From assembly GCA_051362555.1 (NCBI GenBank), contig CM120642.1, positions 2,356,001 through 2,420,000 on the forward strand: DNA of 64,000 nt, read 5' to 3'. The notes under the pieces were generated by a model that did no database searches, had not been told where the DNA came from, and saw only the letters and a program-made list of their open reading frames with translations. The translations under genes and the position numbers were made by a program. Of this stretch, positions 1 to 13,789 are shown in pieces; positions within the stretch are counted from its first letter, which is position 1; every line of letters begins with the position of its first letter. The stretch comes from Lingula anatina. Taxonomy: Eukaryota; Animalia; Brachiopoda.

Positions 1-846
1 TGACATTGGATCAACGTTGAAAACGCGTACTGTAATTATCTCCTGTAGGCGGCGCCGCTGCCTTCAACAAGGATAATAATTCTGTTTTGTGGGATATTGT
101 CCAATGTTTTCTTTAAAAAAAAAAGCTTGGCGGAATTTGTCCGGATTATTTGGAGTTTGGTTCTACTCTGGTTTGCACACATTAATTCATGACACGGGTG
201 CACAGTAGGTCTATTATCAGGGCATATATATATAAGGAAGTCATGGTCACCTTAGCCTGTTATGTCTATCGATCTATCTATAACAGGAAACCGTGAATTA
301 TCAACATCATAAACTTTACTCAATCACATTTCAGCTTGTCTTAATCATCCTTGTGTAAGTTGACCTTGCGGGGAAGTTTATTAGAATGTATTTCTGAAAA
401 ACAGGTTATGGAAATTTGCTTGTTCACTATAGACACCTATCACTTTTACATTAAAGCAATGTTTTTCATATTTTGTCTGATAAAGTTCGTTACAGCACTG
501 ATGTCTATTTAATCTTTTCCGGAAGTAATGGACAATAGAACATCAGGATGATGTAGGGTATTCAGGATAATAGTTTATTTAAGTTTTCATCATGTGCTGG
601 TTATTTCGGTACCGATAGTCCGAAGATTCTACAATTTGCACCGCACAATATTGGCAGCGCTGTAGTGAATTTATGTTGTAATGTAAAGCAAGACTGGTGG
701 ATTATGCAGCACTACTATTAATGTTAATAGGCTAGCTCTAACTATAGCCCATGGCAACATACACATGCAGCTGCCGTAAATTCATATTAACACATTATTT
801 CATATATAGGCCTTTATTTAAACATCGTATCACGTCTTTAATGATT

Positions 847-3130
847 AACTAGAGGATCAGAGAGGCGATACCGCCTCCAGATATTGTACCACCAGCTGGA
901 GTAAGAGCATTCGTATGGACCCCCCTCCAAAAAGGGACACCATCACCAAGCTAGTGCTTGACAAGCTCTATAAAATGCAATCAATAAGAGCTCTGAAAGT
1001 TTGCAAAAAAAAAAAAAAAAATACAAAAGGTCAATTTCAAGGTCAAATTTAGATTGCCAGTATATGACTTCCTATTCAAGTTCAATAGTAACTATGGACA
1101 TATCTCTGCTAGTTTGGAGATAAAAGGGAACCAAAATTTGCAAAGTTAAGTTCATGGTAAAAAGTAGGTCAAAGGTCAATTTTAAGGTCACATTTAGATT
1201 GCCAGTATATGACTTCCTATTCAAGTTCAATAGTAACTGTGGACCCATCTCTGTCAGTTTTGGAGATAAAAGGGAACACAATTTGCAAAGTTTAATTCAT
1301 GATGAAAAGTAGGTTTAAGGTCAATTTCAAGGTCACATTTATATGGCCAGTATATGACTTTCTATTCAAGCTCAATAGTAACTATGGGCATATCTTTCCC
1401 AGTTTTGGAGGTAAAAGGGAACCAAAATTTGCAAAGTTCAATTCATGATGAAAAGTAGGTCAAAGGTCAATTTCAAGGTCGCATTAAGATTACCAGTATA
1501 TGACTTCCTATTCAAGTTAAATAGTAACTATGGACTTATCTCTGCTAGTTTTGGAGATAAAAGGGAACAAAATTTGCCAAGTTCAGTTCATGGTTAAAAG
1601 TAGGTCAAAGGTATATTTTAAGGTCACAGTAAATTGCCTCGTATGACTTTTTATTCAAATTCAATAGTAACTATGGACGTATCTCTGCCAGTTTTGAAAA
1701 AAAAAAGCATTAAAAAGTTTAAAAGTTCAGTTTAAGGTGTACAGTAGGTCAAAGGTCAATTTCAAGGTCACATTTAGATTGCCAGTGTATGACTTCCTAT
1801 TCAAGTTAAATAGTACCTATGGACATATCTCTGCTAGTTTTGGAGATAAAGGGGAACAAAATTTGCAAAGTTCAGTTTATGGTGTAAAGTAGGTCAAAGG
1901 TCAATTTCAAGGTCACATTTAGATTGCCAGTATATGACTTCCTATTCAAGGTCAATAGTAACCATAGACCTATCTCTGCCAGTTTTGGAGATAAAAGGGA
2001 ACCAAAATTTGCAAAGTTCAATTCATGATGAAAAGTAGGTTTAAGGTCAATTTCAAGGTCACATTTATATTGCCAGTATATGACTTCCTATTCAACTTCA
2101 ATAGTAACTATGGACCTATCTCTTCCAGTTTTGGAGATATAAGGGACTAAATATTATAATTTTGGAGTTACAATAATGTGCCATAAAATTCCTCCAGAAA
2201 AAAATAATTAAAATAAAGAAAAGGTCATTTTGGTCAAAATTCTTGAAATGGGAGATGCTCTGAAGTTCAAATGCTGTTCAAATTTGATGAAATAATGTCA
2301 TTTTTTACCACAAGTTGTCTGCCTCGCCAAGCCTTATGTTTTATTTTTCCAGAGTTCATTTATTATCCATTACCGTACTGCACATTTTGCTTTCACCACC
2401 ACTATGTACTTTTTTATACAGCATAACTTGAAAACCGTATGGCATACAAAAAACGGAGACCACCTCCAGTGTTGGGCTTACATGCTCTACAAAATGCAAA
2501 AGAAAATGGGTATCTAGCATTAACGGTTCCCGAATTAGCGACAGTTTTCAGTTTCGGTATCTTATGGCCGCTACTCCCGTGAAAATGCACCGATTGACCC
2601 CAAATTCACGGAGATGAAAGATGACCCAAAGGGTAACACTTTCCAATAATATTATTGGTTAAGTCTGTGTGGTGTCTGAATAACAGGGCAAATAATTTTT
2701 TTTCGTAAAAAATTTCGTTTTTTTTTTTTTTTTTTTTGAAAATTTTGGTCCGTTTGACCTTTAAATAAAGGTCAAAGGTCAAATCTAAGGGCATGTTTGA
2801 AATCTACACATATGACTTTTGGAAAGCTGTCTGTAGAAAATTTTCCCATAATTCCCTCCTTAGGGTAGATAATTAGCATTTAATTTTGCCATTTTTGGAC
2901 AAGGGTGCATTGCAATGAGTGCCACACCTAGACCCCAATACCGACAAAGCCCAAATTTTACGTGGAACGAGTTGAGATTATAGGTGACCTAAATCCAAGA
3001 GATGGGTACGGAAGCCCTCACCGTCTAGGAGGAGAAGCGGTAACGGTAACATGGCGGCGGAGCCGGCGGAACGGACCGGACGGGACTAAAACAATGTGTA
3101 CCGCCAGCGCTAACGCTGGTGGTACAATAA
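847..3130 (-). mobile_element. Helentron-associated non-autonomous element (HINE, pearl/DINE-1-like) with internal tandem array
   Basis: subTIR TATTGTACCACCAGC (882-896) and its reverse complement GCTGGTGGTACAATA (3115-3129); adjacent IR TGTACCGCCAGCG; hairpin GAGGCG-ATAC-CGCCTC at 862-877; AT-rich ends. Confidence 0.7.
1027..2150. repeat. Tandem repeat, ~120-bp unit, ~9 copies, inside the HINE
   Basis: Recurring AAAGGTCAATTTCAAGGTCACATTTAGATTGCCAGTATATGACTTCCTATTCAAG at ~120-bp spacing. Confidence 0.95.
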
Positions 3131-3537
3131 TACTGACTATACATCTACTCAATAATATTTTAAAATTACGATCCATGACAAGCATCACGACATCCAAAAT
3201 ATAACATTGAATCAAGTTCACATTGTGACAGAGTTTTAATGTGACTAGATCTACATTGATTCGACGTTGGATTTAGGTAGATCAACGCCCCAACCTGTTT
3301 TCAACGTTGATCTAATATCACTATGTCTGCTTAGATACTCCCTAAATGAAATGATAAGATGAAACAACTTCAATACCTGCTTCAAGTAACAATGTCCAAA
3401 TGGTCTACAAACAGATCTGCAGTCCCACAAGATTCAACTAGCTGTTACATGTATCAATGTATAAGTGGACTACGTGCAGGACAGCAGGCTCAAATTTCCA
3501 AAGGTCATAAGATAAGATAAGCATTTACTCCCCATTA

Positions 3538-3599
3538 GGCCACACTTTTTTTATTTTTATGGATGACATCCTGCGCGCGCACCGATTTTCGTCCGTTCT

Positions 3600-3645
<46 letters not shown>

Positions 3646-4625
3646 AAGGAAGTCAGTTGTCGCAAACGTTGTTATTGAATTTGTCGGAAAAAACAATCGG
3701 CAATCCTCGGCTAATTCCGCAAGCTCCATACTGTCATTGTCGACTGCGGAGACATCAGAGTAGTTCCGAGTGCGGAAAATGAGCTTTCTGCGCATGCGTT
3801 TTATCATCACGTGGAAATATGGCCGCTTTGCCGTCAAATTCATCTCTAGCATTAATTTCAAAATACACGACAATTAAAGTCATAAAGAGAACGGGGGCCG
3901 TCGTTTTGGATTGGTTTGCCATTGATATTGGACATGGAGATATCACTCTTTTACAATTATACGAAAGGCTGGCCGCGACCAGCGATCATCGCCCGGAAAA
4001 TTTCAGTGACATTCTGTTCAAAGTAGCATATACCAGTTTTTTTTTGTTGTAGCTAAAAAAGGGTCGACAAGAGCGTTGTGGTATTTGGTGGACTGAAGGT
4101 CGGACAGGCCACCCGATAGTTGGCTGCTACGTGTGAGTCGAAGTAGACAAAATGGCATCGACCGAAATTACCTTTTTTAGATTTTTTAGTAGGAAGCATA
4201 GGCCTATCTTTGCTTCATTTTTTTAACAATTCTGTGATGTGTTTACAATGCTTTAATTTTCTGAGAGTACAAATAAAGACACGCTGTTTATTTGATATTT
4301 GTTTTATTGATTGCTATACCAGCAGAATGCATGAAATAACCTTAAATAGATTTGGTAATATGCAGCATATATATTCATGACTTTTTACCTTTCTACGAAG
4401 TAGGCCCTATTCACAGTGCTTTAATATTTTGAGAGCATGGATAAAGACATGTTGTTAGTTTGATACATGTTCCTGTGGTAAATTAGTGTTTCCAGCTGTG
4501 TACTGAAAACATGACTTTTCTTAAGCAGTTTTTTTTTTTTTTGGACCGTTTTTTTTTTTTCGCCCGCTCGCACCGATTTTGGGGTCCCCAGAGGATGTCA
4601 TCCATATAAATAAAAAAGTGTGGCC
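3538..4625. mobile_element. PIF/Harbinger-like non-autonomous element
   Basis: TIR GGCCACACTTTTTTATTT.TATGGATGACATCCT at both ends; 3-bp TSD TTA (3535-3537, 4626-4628). Confidence 0.85.
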
Positions 4626-5128
4626 TTACATTGTGACATTCAAACCACCACGTGACTGTATTATGTACAAATCCAATAAAATAGAAGGGTAAATTGTATT
4701 TTCTCAATCTCTCTTAATTTCTAGTGTGTCACTTTCACTATTGGAGGTTTGGTTAATGATATCGAAACCAAGCCCTACAGGGAATTTATAATAGTAATGA
4801 ATGCATGAAGAGTAATGGTGTGAAACATGAACAGTCTACAAGGTCAAGGGGATCTTGTTTTGTCATTTTTATCAGCTGCTGTATATATGTTCTAGCTCAG
4901 CTGACTTGGATCACGTGCAATGTGAAGTGATAAGTAGTTCTATGGGGTTGAAAATTAAAGCCAAGGGTCACACTAGAGGCGGAATGAGCAAGAATGCTGT
5001 CGGAAAGACAATTCTTTGTACGTTCCTGGATATTCGAAGAGCATTCTAAAATTCCAAATATTTTTACCCATTCTCGTGGCCGGCCCGATTGTTTCGCTAG
5101 TGTTCAAAAGTTTCGAAGTGCATTCTAG

Positions 5129-8100
5129 AAAGGAGTTATAACAGAAGGAGATTACACATAAGCCTCTCTATTGTCCGCTGTTACGGTGGGCGGAGCTAGC
5201 TACGGGGGGCCTCCTGTCTCAAGGTTTCGTCTGCGTCGTTCTCCTCAGCTTGGAGATTACCCGCACGAAAACGCGGTAGGTACTCCAGCGCAGTAGACTA
5301 ATGCAATCATACTGCAAACATGCCTCAAATCTGCTTCGATAAGGGAGATAATTAGCATATTTGAAACATGCTTCTATCATGCTGCTAATCTACTGCATTA
5401 ATGCTCCTCTCTGTACAAACCTATGTACTTTTTGGAGTAGAATTGGAGTAGGCTATGCTGCATTTCTAGTGCAAATATGCTCCACACCACTACTGCGTTA
5501 ATGCTTTTTTGCTACTTCGATACTACTGCATTTTTGTGCGGGTAATTTCATATGCGTTATTTCGCGTTAGAATTCGAGATCAGTAGTGTCAAAGCGGCGC
5601 TGTATGCTGACGATTTTTTTTCACAGGTAATTATTTGGACGATGTGCTGGAAGAGAATGGACCCTCTAGCCCTTGGGTCCCGTAAACATAAACATTATGA
5701 CAGCTAGTGCCTAAGCTTTGTGACTTTGGGTTTTAAATTTCTTACTGTGAAGTATTTTTTCTCTCAGTATAATTTTAATATTATAATGCATTAAAGTAAA
5801 TTTTTAACCAAAGGTTGAGGCAATGCCACGGCATGTTAGTTTACTGAATACTCGTTATAAATTTCTTTATCTTGGAAATCTTCCTTTTTTCAGGATTATT
5901 TTGACACATACTAACACTGTTCATATTTGTCGGTAAACAAGTGCACATTGCTTAACATTAAGATTAATTTTTATTCATTCTTAAATATATTTATGTACAA
6001 AATATATCAGAAATTTTAGTATTAACTGAGCTCTTTAAAGTGAAACAAATAAAGATGAGAATATAGAATTTCAAACCATTATTTACTATATAAACTTAAA
6101 ATATCTTTTAAGTCAACTCTATACTCAAGCATCATGATAGTAGCATCTGTGAGTTAAACCATTCTATTATATCAATAGAAGAACAAAACCAAAAACAAAA
6201 TTTTATACATAAGCAGTAATTAATAAAGTCATAAGAATGATTAAGTTGCTACAGTTTTCCAGTTTTATGCAGTCTATGTTGGCATCTTTTCAACCGTGCA
6301 AATAGAAATAATTATATTCTTTTTTATCCGACTTGCTGATACCAATCTGTGCCAGATACTATTTCACTCACAGGCCAGCAAGGTCTGAGAATCTTATGGG
6401 CCAAATGAAAAAAAAAACCTAGAATATAAAGTGGCTAATTCTTACAAATAGGATCAAAAACATGGGATTTTTAAAAGTCAGAACATTTATAAAATGAATT
6501 GGAGTACATGTTACAGCTGAAAAAATTAAATGGGCCAGTAAGTGACTGCTTTAAAGACTGGCAATCAGGTAGACTGTTATATCAAGGCACTCAACAAATT
6601 ATATATAGGTTTTGAATTTTTTTCCACATGACAGTAACATAAAATTTATGTCCACTTTTGAAATGTATAAAGTCAGTTAGGTGACTGAAAGTATTTTAAA
6701 ATGTCATGAAGGAGCACTTTTAATTTAATGCAGTCTCTGTTGGCCAGTCTTATCCAGTTTCTTCCCAAAATAAGGACAACTCAAGTGAGAATTTCTTCAG
6801 GGCCTTTTCTTCTGCCTTGCCAATGCCATGGCACTCAGAAAACAGAGAAACCTGTAGGATAGAAAAAACATAGTAATAGCATTATGAACTACTAGTATCC
6901 ACGTAGACATTATTTAATTACGCAGTTAAGTTTAATGTGTCTTGTTATAACTTGACTGAAATAATGTTCACCACATAAATGAACAATATACAACTAAATT
7001 TATATTGAACATCAAGATTCATGATCACAGGCTCATAACCCCAAGAAATTGAAAGAAATTGTACTTATTACAAGAAACTATTTTAATCCGCCCTGGTTCC
7101 TACTCTTCTGACAGGACAAAAAGGGAATATCAGAGAGGCTGGTTGCCAAAAGGAAAATGCCCAAGGTTGTTGTATTTTGAAATTGGTGAAAAATTTAAAA
7201 AGCGTACTGTTGTTAGTGAATGTTTAATGCATCGTAGGCATTACAACAAAAGTAACTACCTAGACACACTGACCTCCTTTTTTCATTGATGTTTTTAATT
7301 AATATATTCAATATGAATTTTTAATTCATATATTCAATGCAGCCTTCTCCCATATCTACAATAGAATAAAAAACTTGAGTAGTGTTTAGATATGCATGTC
7401 AAATTCATTATCAATTTTGAGAGAATTTCTGTTTCAACACTGCAAGATGAAATATTTACTTTCAGGTAATGAATAAACCTTAATAGAGTTCTATTCTTTT
7501 GTAACCACCAAGGCATGGCTTCTTTCATAAAATGAACTGAAACATCCAAGCTTGCCACCTAACATGCCAAAGTAGTAAAGTATAATTACAGTAGAGAAGC
7601 AACTACCCGTTAATTAAAGAGGTGTCTTACACAATAAGGTGCGTCTTACACATCTTGACTCAAAGGGAGATGTGTAGTGAGATAACAGCTAAAGTAATTG
7701 GTGGAGCCTAGGTGAACTTAAAACCTTAAGACTTTAAATTAAGAAACACCGGGATTCATATGTGTTCTTTTTTCAAAGCTTTAATATGAATTAAAACATA
7801 TATATGTAAAAAGAAGACTAAATAAGTTTAAAATAATTATACCAAAGACACTGTGAAGTCAAACTTCCTGTTAGACCGCCATGATGGAATATGCTGGGTG
7901 GAGGCAAAACTTTTCCAGTCAAAATAACTCCGCATCTTACTTTAACAACAAAGTTACCACTCCAAAGCCACCCACCATGGTGAGAAGAAAATGATGACGA
8001 ACTGTCATGTTAAGTTTGTTTTAGTTTTAAACACGAAAACAGTACAGGCAAAAATGGTGCATTTACCCATATCACTAAAGTGAAAAATTGGTATTCTGAA

Positions 8101-9034
8101 CAAAACGAGTTATTTTTTTCAAGAAGTATTGGAGCAATATCCATGCAATATACTAGTATACCAAACCACGACCAAGATGTTCAAGAATCTAAACACACCA
8201 AAATCTTTTATAATCACGCATTTAAAAAGTGCAAAAAACTTGGTCGTAACAAGCGTAACAGTTTTTTGATCTGGACTCGTGAAAATTGGCCCTTGTCGTA
8301 TTCAAGCTAGACCACATATAAAATCGAAAAAAAAAACAATAGTGCTCAAGAAAATGTATTGCACACATACCAATTTGTTAAATTTAATGACTGTCGTGAC
8401 ACAAGTATCAAATAGTAGGGGGCAAATGTCTTTTGGAGTGATTTTTTTCCGAAACATAAACAAGATGGCGGCCTATGCATCTGCTTGATATCCGGCTACT
8501 GAGAGTGCACCTAAGTTTTATTCTATGCTATTGTCACAAATGACTAAACAATTGCAACTGTATAAAGACCAAACTTTCTTCATCTGCTGCTATATTAAAA
8601 AAGCACTTGTTATGAGTGGGAAATATTTTTCGTGCAATATTTATTCTCCACACAGCACCTCGCGAGATCGACGCTGAGCTGGACACTTACACAGTGAGAC
8701 CCTACGGCATAAAAGTTGCAATTTATCTTCATATTTCGTGTAGTTAGGCATGTAAAGGCACTTACCTGTATTTTGACAACCTTATCCAACGTTATATCCT
8801 CTGCACTCAGTACATTGTACTTCTCTCATTTTAACGAACTTTTGACTGCGTTTCTGTTTATGTCCTCTCGAAACGATAGACGAAGGCACCTATTCCGACA
8901 AAAGTAGATTTAAACGAGACCGTAACATAGATAAGCACCCATTGTTCTCTGGGTTCTATTCATTCCGACCAATGAGAGACCGTAAACCGGGCTGCGCCCC
9001 CACGCGTGTAATCTCCTTCTGTTATAACTCCTTG
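5129..9034. mobile_element. P-element-like TIR transposon, no intact transposase seen
   Basis: TIR (C)AAGGAGTTATAACAGAAGGAGATTACAC at both ends; 7-bp TSD ATTCTAG (5122-5128, 9035-9041); inserted in a TTCGAA/GAATGC-rich older repeat. Confidence 0.75.
5260..5542. mobile_element. MITE with CCC...GGG ends nested in the P-like element
   Basis: CCCGCACGAAAACGCGGTAG versus reverse complement CCCGCACAAAAATGCAGTAG; TA on both sides. Confidence 0.8.
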
Positions 9035-11464
9035 ATTCTAGGTGAAGAAATATCGAATGTTATTTCAAGTGAATTCTAACTGCAATATGATTGCATTCTA
9101 AATATTCTTAGGGCATGCTGACTGTATTCGAAACATTCGAGGGAGAACCGAAATGGCAAGACACTTCAAATCCTGCTAGAATGAGCCGGAATGCAACTCG
9201 AATCCTATTTCAGCCGGCAATCGAACTACACTCGTTCGGCATTCGAAGAGTATTCTAAATATTCTGACTGCATTCTGACAGCGTTATCCATATTCCTAGA
9301 TTTCCAACTACATTCGAGCTGCATTGAAAGCTAATACAGCAGAAGTGTGCACGAATCATTCCAGGCGGATTCAAAGGCATTCTGAGTATTCGAACGGCAT
9401 TCTCACAAGAATTTAGGTCAATTAGAAATGTATTCCCGAATGTTTTACGAATTTTGAAAAATCTTCACTCCCACTGGTTTTGCTTGATTCCTGCTCAATT
9501 AGAATGCTCTGCTTTCTGCAAAGAGCTTTCCCAGATAGCAATGAGCGGTCGGGCCGACGTCGGCATTGGTCGGCACGGTCGCGGTCGGCAGTCGTTGTCG
9601 GGCCGACGTCGGGCCACTACTAGTGACCCGACGTCGGGCCGACGACTGCTTCACGCCGTTGGCCCGACGTCGGTTTAACGGTGGCTCATCAGCTGTGCGT
9701 CGGGCCACTACTGGTGACCCGACGTCGGGCCGACGACTGCTTCACGCCGTCGGCCCGACGTCGGTATAACGGTGGCTCACCAGCTGTGCTCGATTTGCAC
9801 TAAGCGGCCAATTTCAAATCGAGGTCACCCACACTAAGCGGCCATAGATCGTTGCAAGTGCACTTGACGGTTATTTCATATTTTCCGTATTTTGCACCAA
9901 ATTGTTAGGTAAGTATTTACTTTAAAGTGTTTATGTTTTTCGTACTATAGGTGGAGGTTTATTTGTTGTAGATGAATTATCGAAAACAAGCAAATCTGTC
10001 AATAATTTGTTAGTCGTAGCTGCAGGCAGTTGGCGCGCTGCATGCCACCTTTGAACCAACGTCGGGGCGGCGTTGGGTTTCCGGCGGCCAAAAAGATTTT
10101 CCCGCTCAAATTCTTTTATGCTTTGAAAGACATTTCAATTACCACATTTCATGTATAGACAATTTATAAATGTGAATGAGCAACGTTCTAGTACTTTTTT
10201 GTACTTAGGAGTATATATTGTTTATATTTTCTCTAGTTGAATTTGAAATGCTTATATAATAGGGGTATATAGCAAGGCCGCATGATACTAACATGTAAAC
10301 TTATAATGTCAGCATGGGTTTAACACTGGATAAACCTTATGGCATACATTCCAAACTGAGTTTAGCATTAAGGGGTATAATGTCCACTCAGATTTTTACA
10401 GGTTTTCTGTTCAAAAATGGACCTCAGTAGGCTAACCTAAAATATCCAGAGGTGGTTCTTTTAGGGAGGGGGGGGGGGGGGCAAGTTTAAATTGGATTTT
10501 TTTCTAGATGTTTAGTCAAATACCCACAGGGTATGATATAATAATGTTTCTTTTTTGGTTTAGGCTCATAATTAGACAAGGCATTTTGTGCACATTACAA
10601 AGCCACACTTAATATGTATCTCATATTTCTCTTATAGTCTTCCATCATGCATTACTACCTATTTGTCGCCTGTGTTGAGCAGTCAATCCTCACAAGAAAA
10701 TACACTTGAAAGGTATGTGTGTATATAGTTAAAGTGCTTCAGTGTGTCATTGCCATGGTAAGATGCAGTAGTTTAACTTATATCATCCCTATCAATGGAT
10801 TAAGTAGTAAACAACTAAGAAATTAATTTAGCCTACTTCTTGCCTGCGACTCTCTTCTGGAATTTAGTACATATTTCTTCTTAAAATATATGTAAGTGAC
10901 AGGGATGGGGGTAGGAGGAGGAGGCTGGAGAAGAAGAAGGGTAATATATTTAGCAGAGTAACCACTTCCCTGGAAAATAATTACATTATTTCGTCTACAT
11001 TTCAAAGTATACATTAACAACTTCATTTCAATATGCAACATTACATATAAGCGCGGGTGGATTGGATGCGAACTAGGAAATAAGTCATTAGAAGACAACT
11101 GAAACCAACGGTTCAATAATACGATAGAGAAACATGGATTGTTGATTCGTTGCGGCCAAAATCGAGCGTACAAAACTAACCTGTATGTCCCTGACCTCAT
11201 AAAGTTTAGAACATTTCACATCGCAAATAGAAAAATAATAGTTAGAGAAACGTGGATCAGTATCATGCTAGATTCCTTAAGCTTGGTTTCAGTTGTCTTC
11301 TTAGCTGTTTTTTATTTTGCATATCAGTGAAATAACATATGATATTAACGGTGAATTTTGTATGTTTTATTAGATTAAGTGTGAGTTTTTATATTTTTTC
11401 TATTCTCTTCACAGAGATAGAAGCAGCCCAGGCGCCGCAGCAGAGTTCCTCAGATGAATCTTAG

Positions 11465-11520
11465 TCATCATCATCATTCCCGTGTGGGAATTAAGGCCAC
11501 AGTCACTTCTTTCCAGCGTA
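11465..11520 (-). mobile_element. Very short 5'-truncated RTE LINE 3' end
   Basis: (TCA)n tail plus CCCGTGTGGGA..TAAGGCCACAGTCACTTC matches the 3' end of the LINE at 25600-25660. Confidence 0.6.
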
Positions 11521-11547
11521 GTGTCGAAGTCAAAGATATGCTGCAAA

Positions 11548-12005
11548 TCTTGCGACTCACAGAGCGTCATCTATTTGATATGATGTTAACAATGCCATCA
11601 AATGTACGTCGGGGAAACGAGGCAGAAATTAAAAGACAGAATTAGACACCACCGCTGCCCTATAAACAACAAAAACCTCTTCGTGCCTGTGGGACAACAC
11701 AACACTCAGCTAAAGACATCACCGTCACCGTCTTAAAAGGAAACGACACTAGGCAAAAACGGATCGTCGTACAGAAATGTATTAGAACACTAGACACCTT
11801 GAATAATGGACTCAGTAGGGACAATAGTTTCTTAAATGAATATTGATTTTTTATATGTTACGTTTAGCGTTTAGGACGCTTTTGCAGCATCGCGTGCCTT
11901 TAACACATCATCGAAGCCACATACCCCAGGAGTTTTTCTTCACCATTTTTTTAATGTCTCTGAAGAAGGCCTAGGGACCGAAAGCTTGGATTATATATGA
12001 CATCT
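11548..12005 (+). mobile_element. Penelope-like element 3' remnant (degenerate GIY-YIG endonuclease plus terminal region)
   Basis: Manual translation SCDSQSVIYLI*C*QCHQMYVGETRQKLKDRIRHHR...HSAKDITVTVLK...IRTLDTLNNGLSRD = GIY-YIG VIY/YVGET motifs and C-terminal GLN-like motif, with stops and a frameshift. Confidence 0.75.
11954..12003 (+). ncRNA. Minimal hammerhead-ribozyme-like motif (Penelope type)
   Basis: CTGAAGA-AGGCC-TAGG-GACC-GAAAGCTT core; possible stem I ATGTC/GACAT; one mismatch in stem II. Confidence 0.5.
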
Positions 12006-13557
12006 GTAAAGTAGATCTTTAGAGATGCATCAGTAATAATATTTATTTTCAATAACTAATTGAATTATCGTTATTAACTCACCCAGATTTATAAAGATGT
12101 TTCTTCACAAAACATGATTCACGTTGTTATTATTATTATCTTTTAGGCCAACGGGACTTTTTCACTTCAGTGAGAGGGTTATTACGAAGAAACGCCGCTG
12201 CTACCCTATTGCCAACGTTCGCCAATTGAGTCATAGCTGGCTGACCATGGAGAGTCCATAATAACATTGGCTAATTAAAGAACGGCATTATTTGAATAAC
12301 GGTGGTAAAACGATGGTTAACGACGTTGGCGCGAAGTTGGCAAGAAGGTGGCACCGTTGGCATAACAGCGGCTAACCGCCGATAGTAATAGCTCATAACG
12401 ACATTGGCCCAACGTTGGCGCGACGTCGGCAAAAGGTCGGCATTATAGTGGTTGACCGCCGGTTATCGATAATAACGTTGGCCCGACGTTGGCGCGACGT
12501 CGGCAAAAGGTCGGCATAACAGCGGCTAACCGCCGATAGTAATAGCTCATAACGATGTTGGCCCGACGTTGGTGCGAAGTTGGCAAATTGTCGGCATGAC
12601 AGCGGCTGAACGCCGTTTATCCATAATGACGTCGGCCCAGCGTCGGTGCGACGTTGGCAAAAGGGTGGCAGACCACCGGTGGGCCGACGGCGGGCCGCCG
12701 GACACGCCGACTTCGAACCGACGTCGTCTGCCAACGTTGGCCCGACGGAGGCAAAGTCGTCGGGCCGACGTTGGCGCGACCACTCTTTGCTATCTGGGTT
12801 CCAGCGATCACGTGACGTTGGTACCACGTGGTTAAGCCGTGGCTACCTGTATGTCGTTATAATGTGGTAGCAACGTGCCAGTCACGTGATCTGAACGTGA
12901 CGTGTTTGCTGGGTTACAGCTTATAGACTGAGTATTAGCGTAACTAACAGAGAGCCCCGGATTCAGTGCTGAAAATTTCGACAAAAGTAAAGAAGCCTCA
13001 ATCAACCAGTAAAATGTATGTATGTCGATATGTTCGTATTTAAAGTGTCTGCTTCACGCATTTATTTACCTTCTTAGTATAAAGGGGTATTTAAAAAACA
13101 CAGAGAGAGGGGCTAGCATCTTTTTCTCTCAGTAGTGACCATTAGTCATTGGGAATTAGCCATCTGGAATTAATTACTAGTTAACTTAACCCCTGGCTCT
13201 TAGTGACCCATAGTCACGTGAAAAACAACCTAGATGGCCTGTCCAATGATCATCCAGTTGCGTAACTAATTAAGACAGTTGACCAATAGTAACAAGCCTT
13301 AAACCTCGGGCCCCTTTTTTCAAATAAGAAGGGTGGTCATTTGAGAAAGCAGCGACGCAGCAGTACAGTGCGTCATGATACTTTCTCGAATGCATTAATA
13401 TCCAGCGAATTTTATTGCTATCCCTCCCTCCCACCCAATGAGATTTTTTTTTTACAACATAGAGTTTCTCGTTAAGGGACAATTACAACACAGATGTAAT
13501 TGGTAGTTTCTATTACTGTCTCTTGGAATATCTTGAAATAATCCGGTTATTAAGATT

Positions 13558-13560
<3 letters not shown>

Positions 13561-13624
<64 letters not shown>
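13561..13624. repeat. (AT)n microsatellite; others at ~16965, ~24216, ~36377, ~51981
   Basis: Direct inspection. Confidence 0.95.
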
Positions 13625-13627
<3 letters not shown>

Positions 13628-13789
13628 TTTTCATTTTAAGTACTCATAAACCTTTAGGAACTAGTTATGTTAGAATAAAGTTGTTTATAAGCCCGAATCT
13701 CTGTGTTTTTTAATTTGGAAATTTATCCTACCGGTATATTCTGCTATTATTTATACTCTCAATCTATACAATCAAAAGCTCACCCCCAC

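Larger units (their letters stand above)
1..3334. mobile_element. Non-autonomous TIR DNA transposon (left end runs off the window), host of the HINE
   Basis: TGACATTGGATCAACGTTGAAAAC at 1-24 is an imperfect reverse complement of GTTTTCAACGTTGATCTAATATCA at ~3297-3320; the end resembles the CCCAGCAGACA termini of the MITE at 21741. Confidence 0.55.
9530..12798. mobile_element. Non-autonomous TIR element with palindromic subterminal repeats (CMC/EnSpm-like)
   Basis: TIR CCCAGATAGCAA.GAG.GGTCG; 2-bp TSD TT; many GCCGACGTCGGC/CCAACGTTGG palindromes at 9550-9770 and 12320-12780. Confidence 0.8.

Noticed and set aside
9550-12780. GC-rich palindromic repeats that look CRISPR-like, with many overlapping Arg-rich ORFs
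   Set aside because: No constant repeat with unique spacers; they are subterminal repeats of a TIR element and the ORFs are GC artefacts
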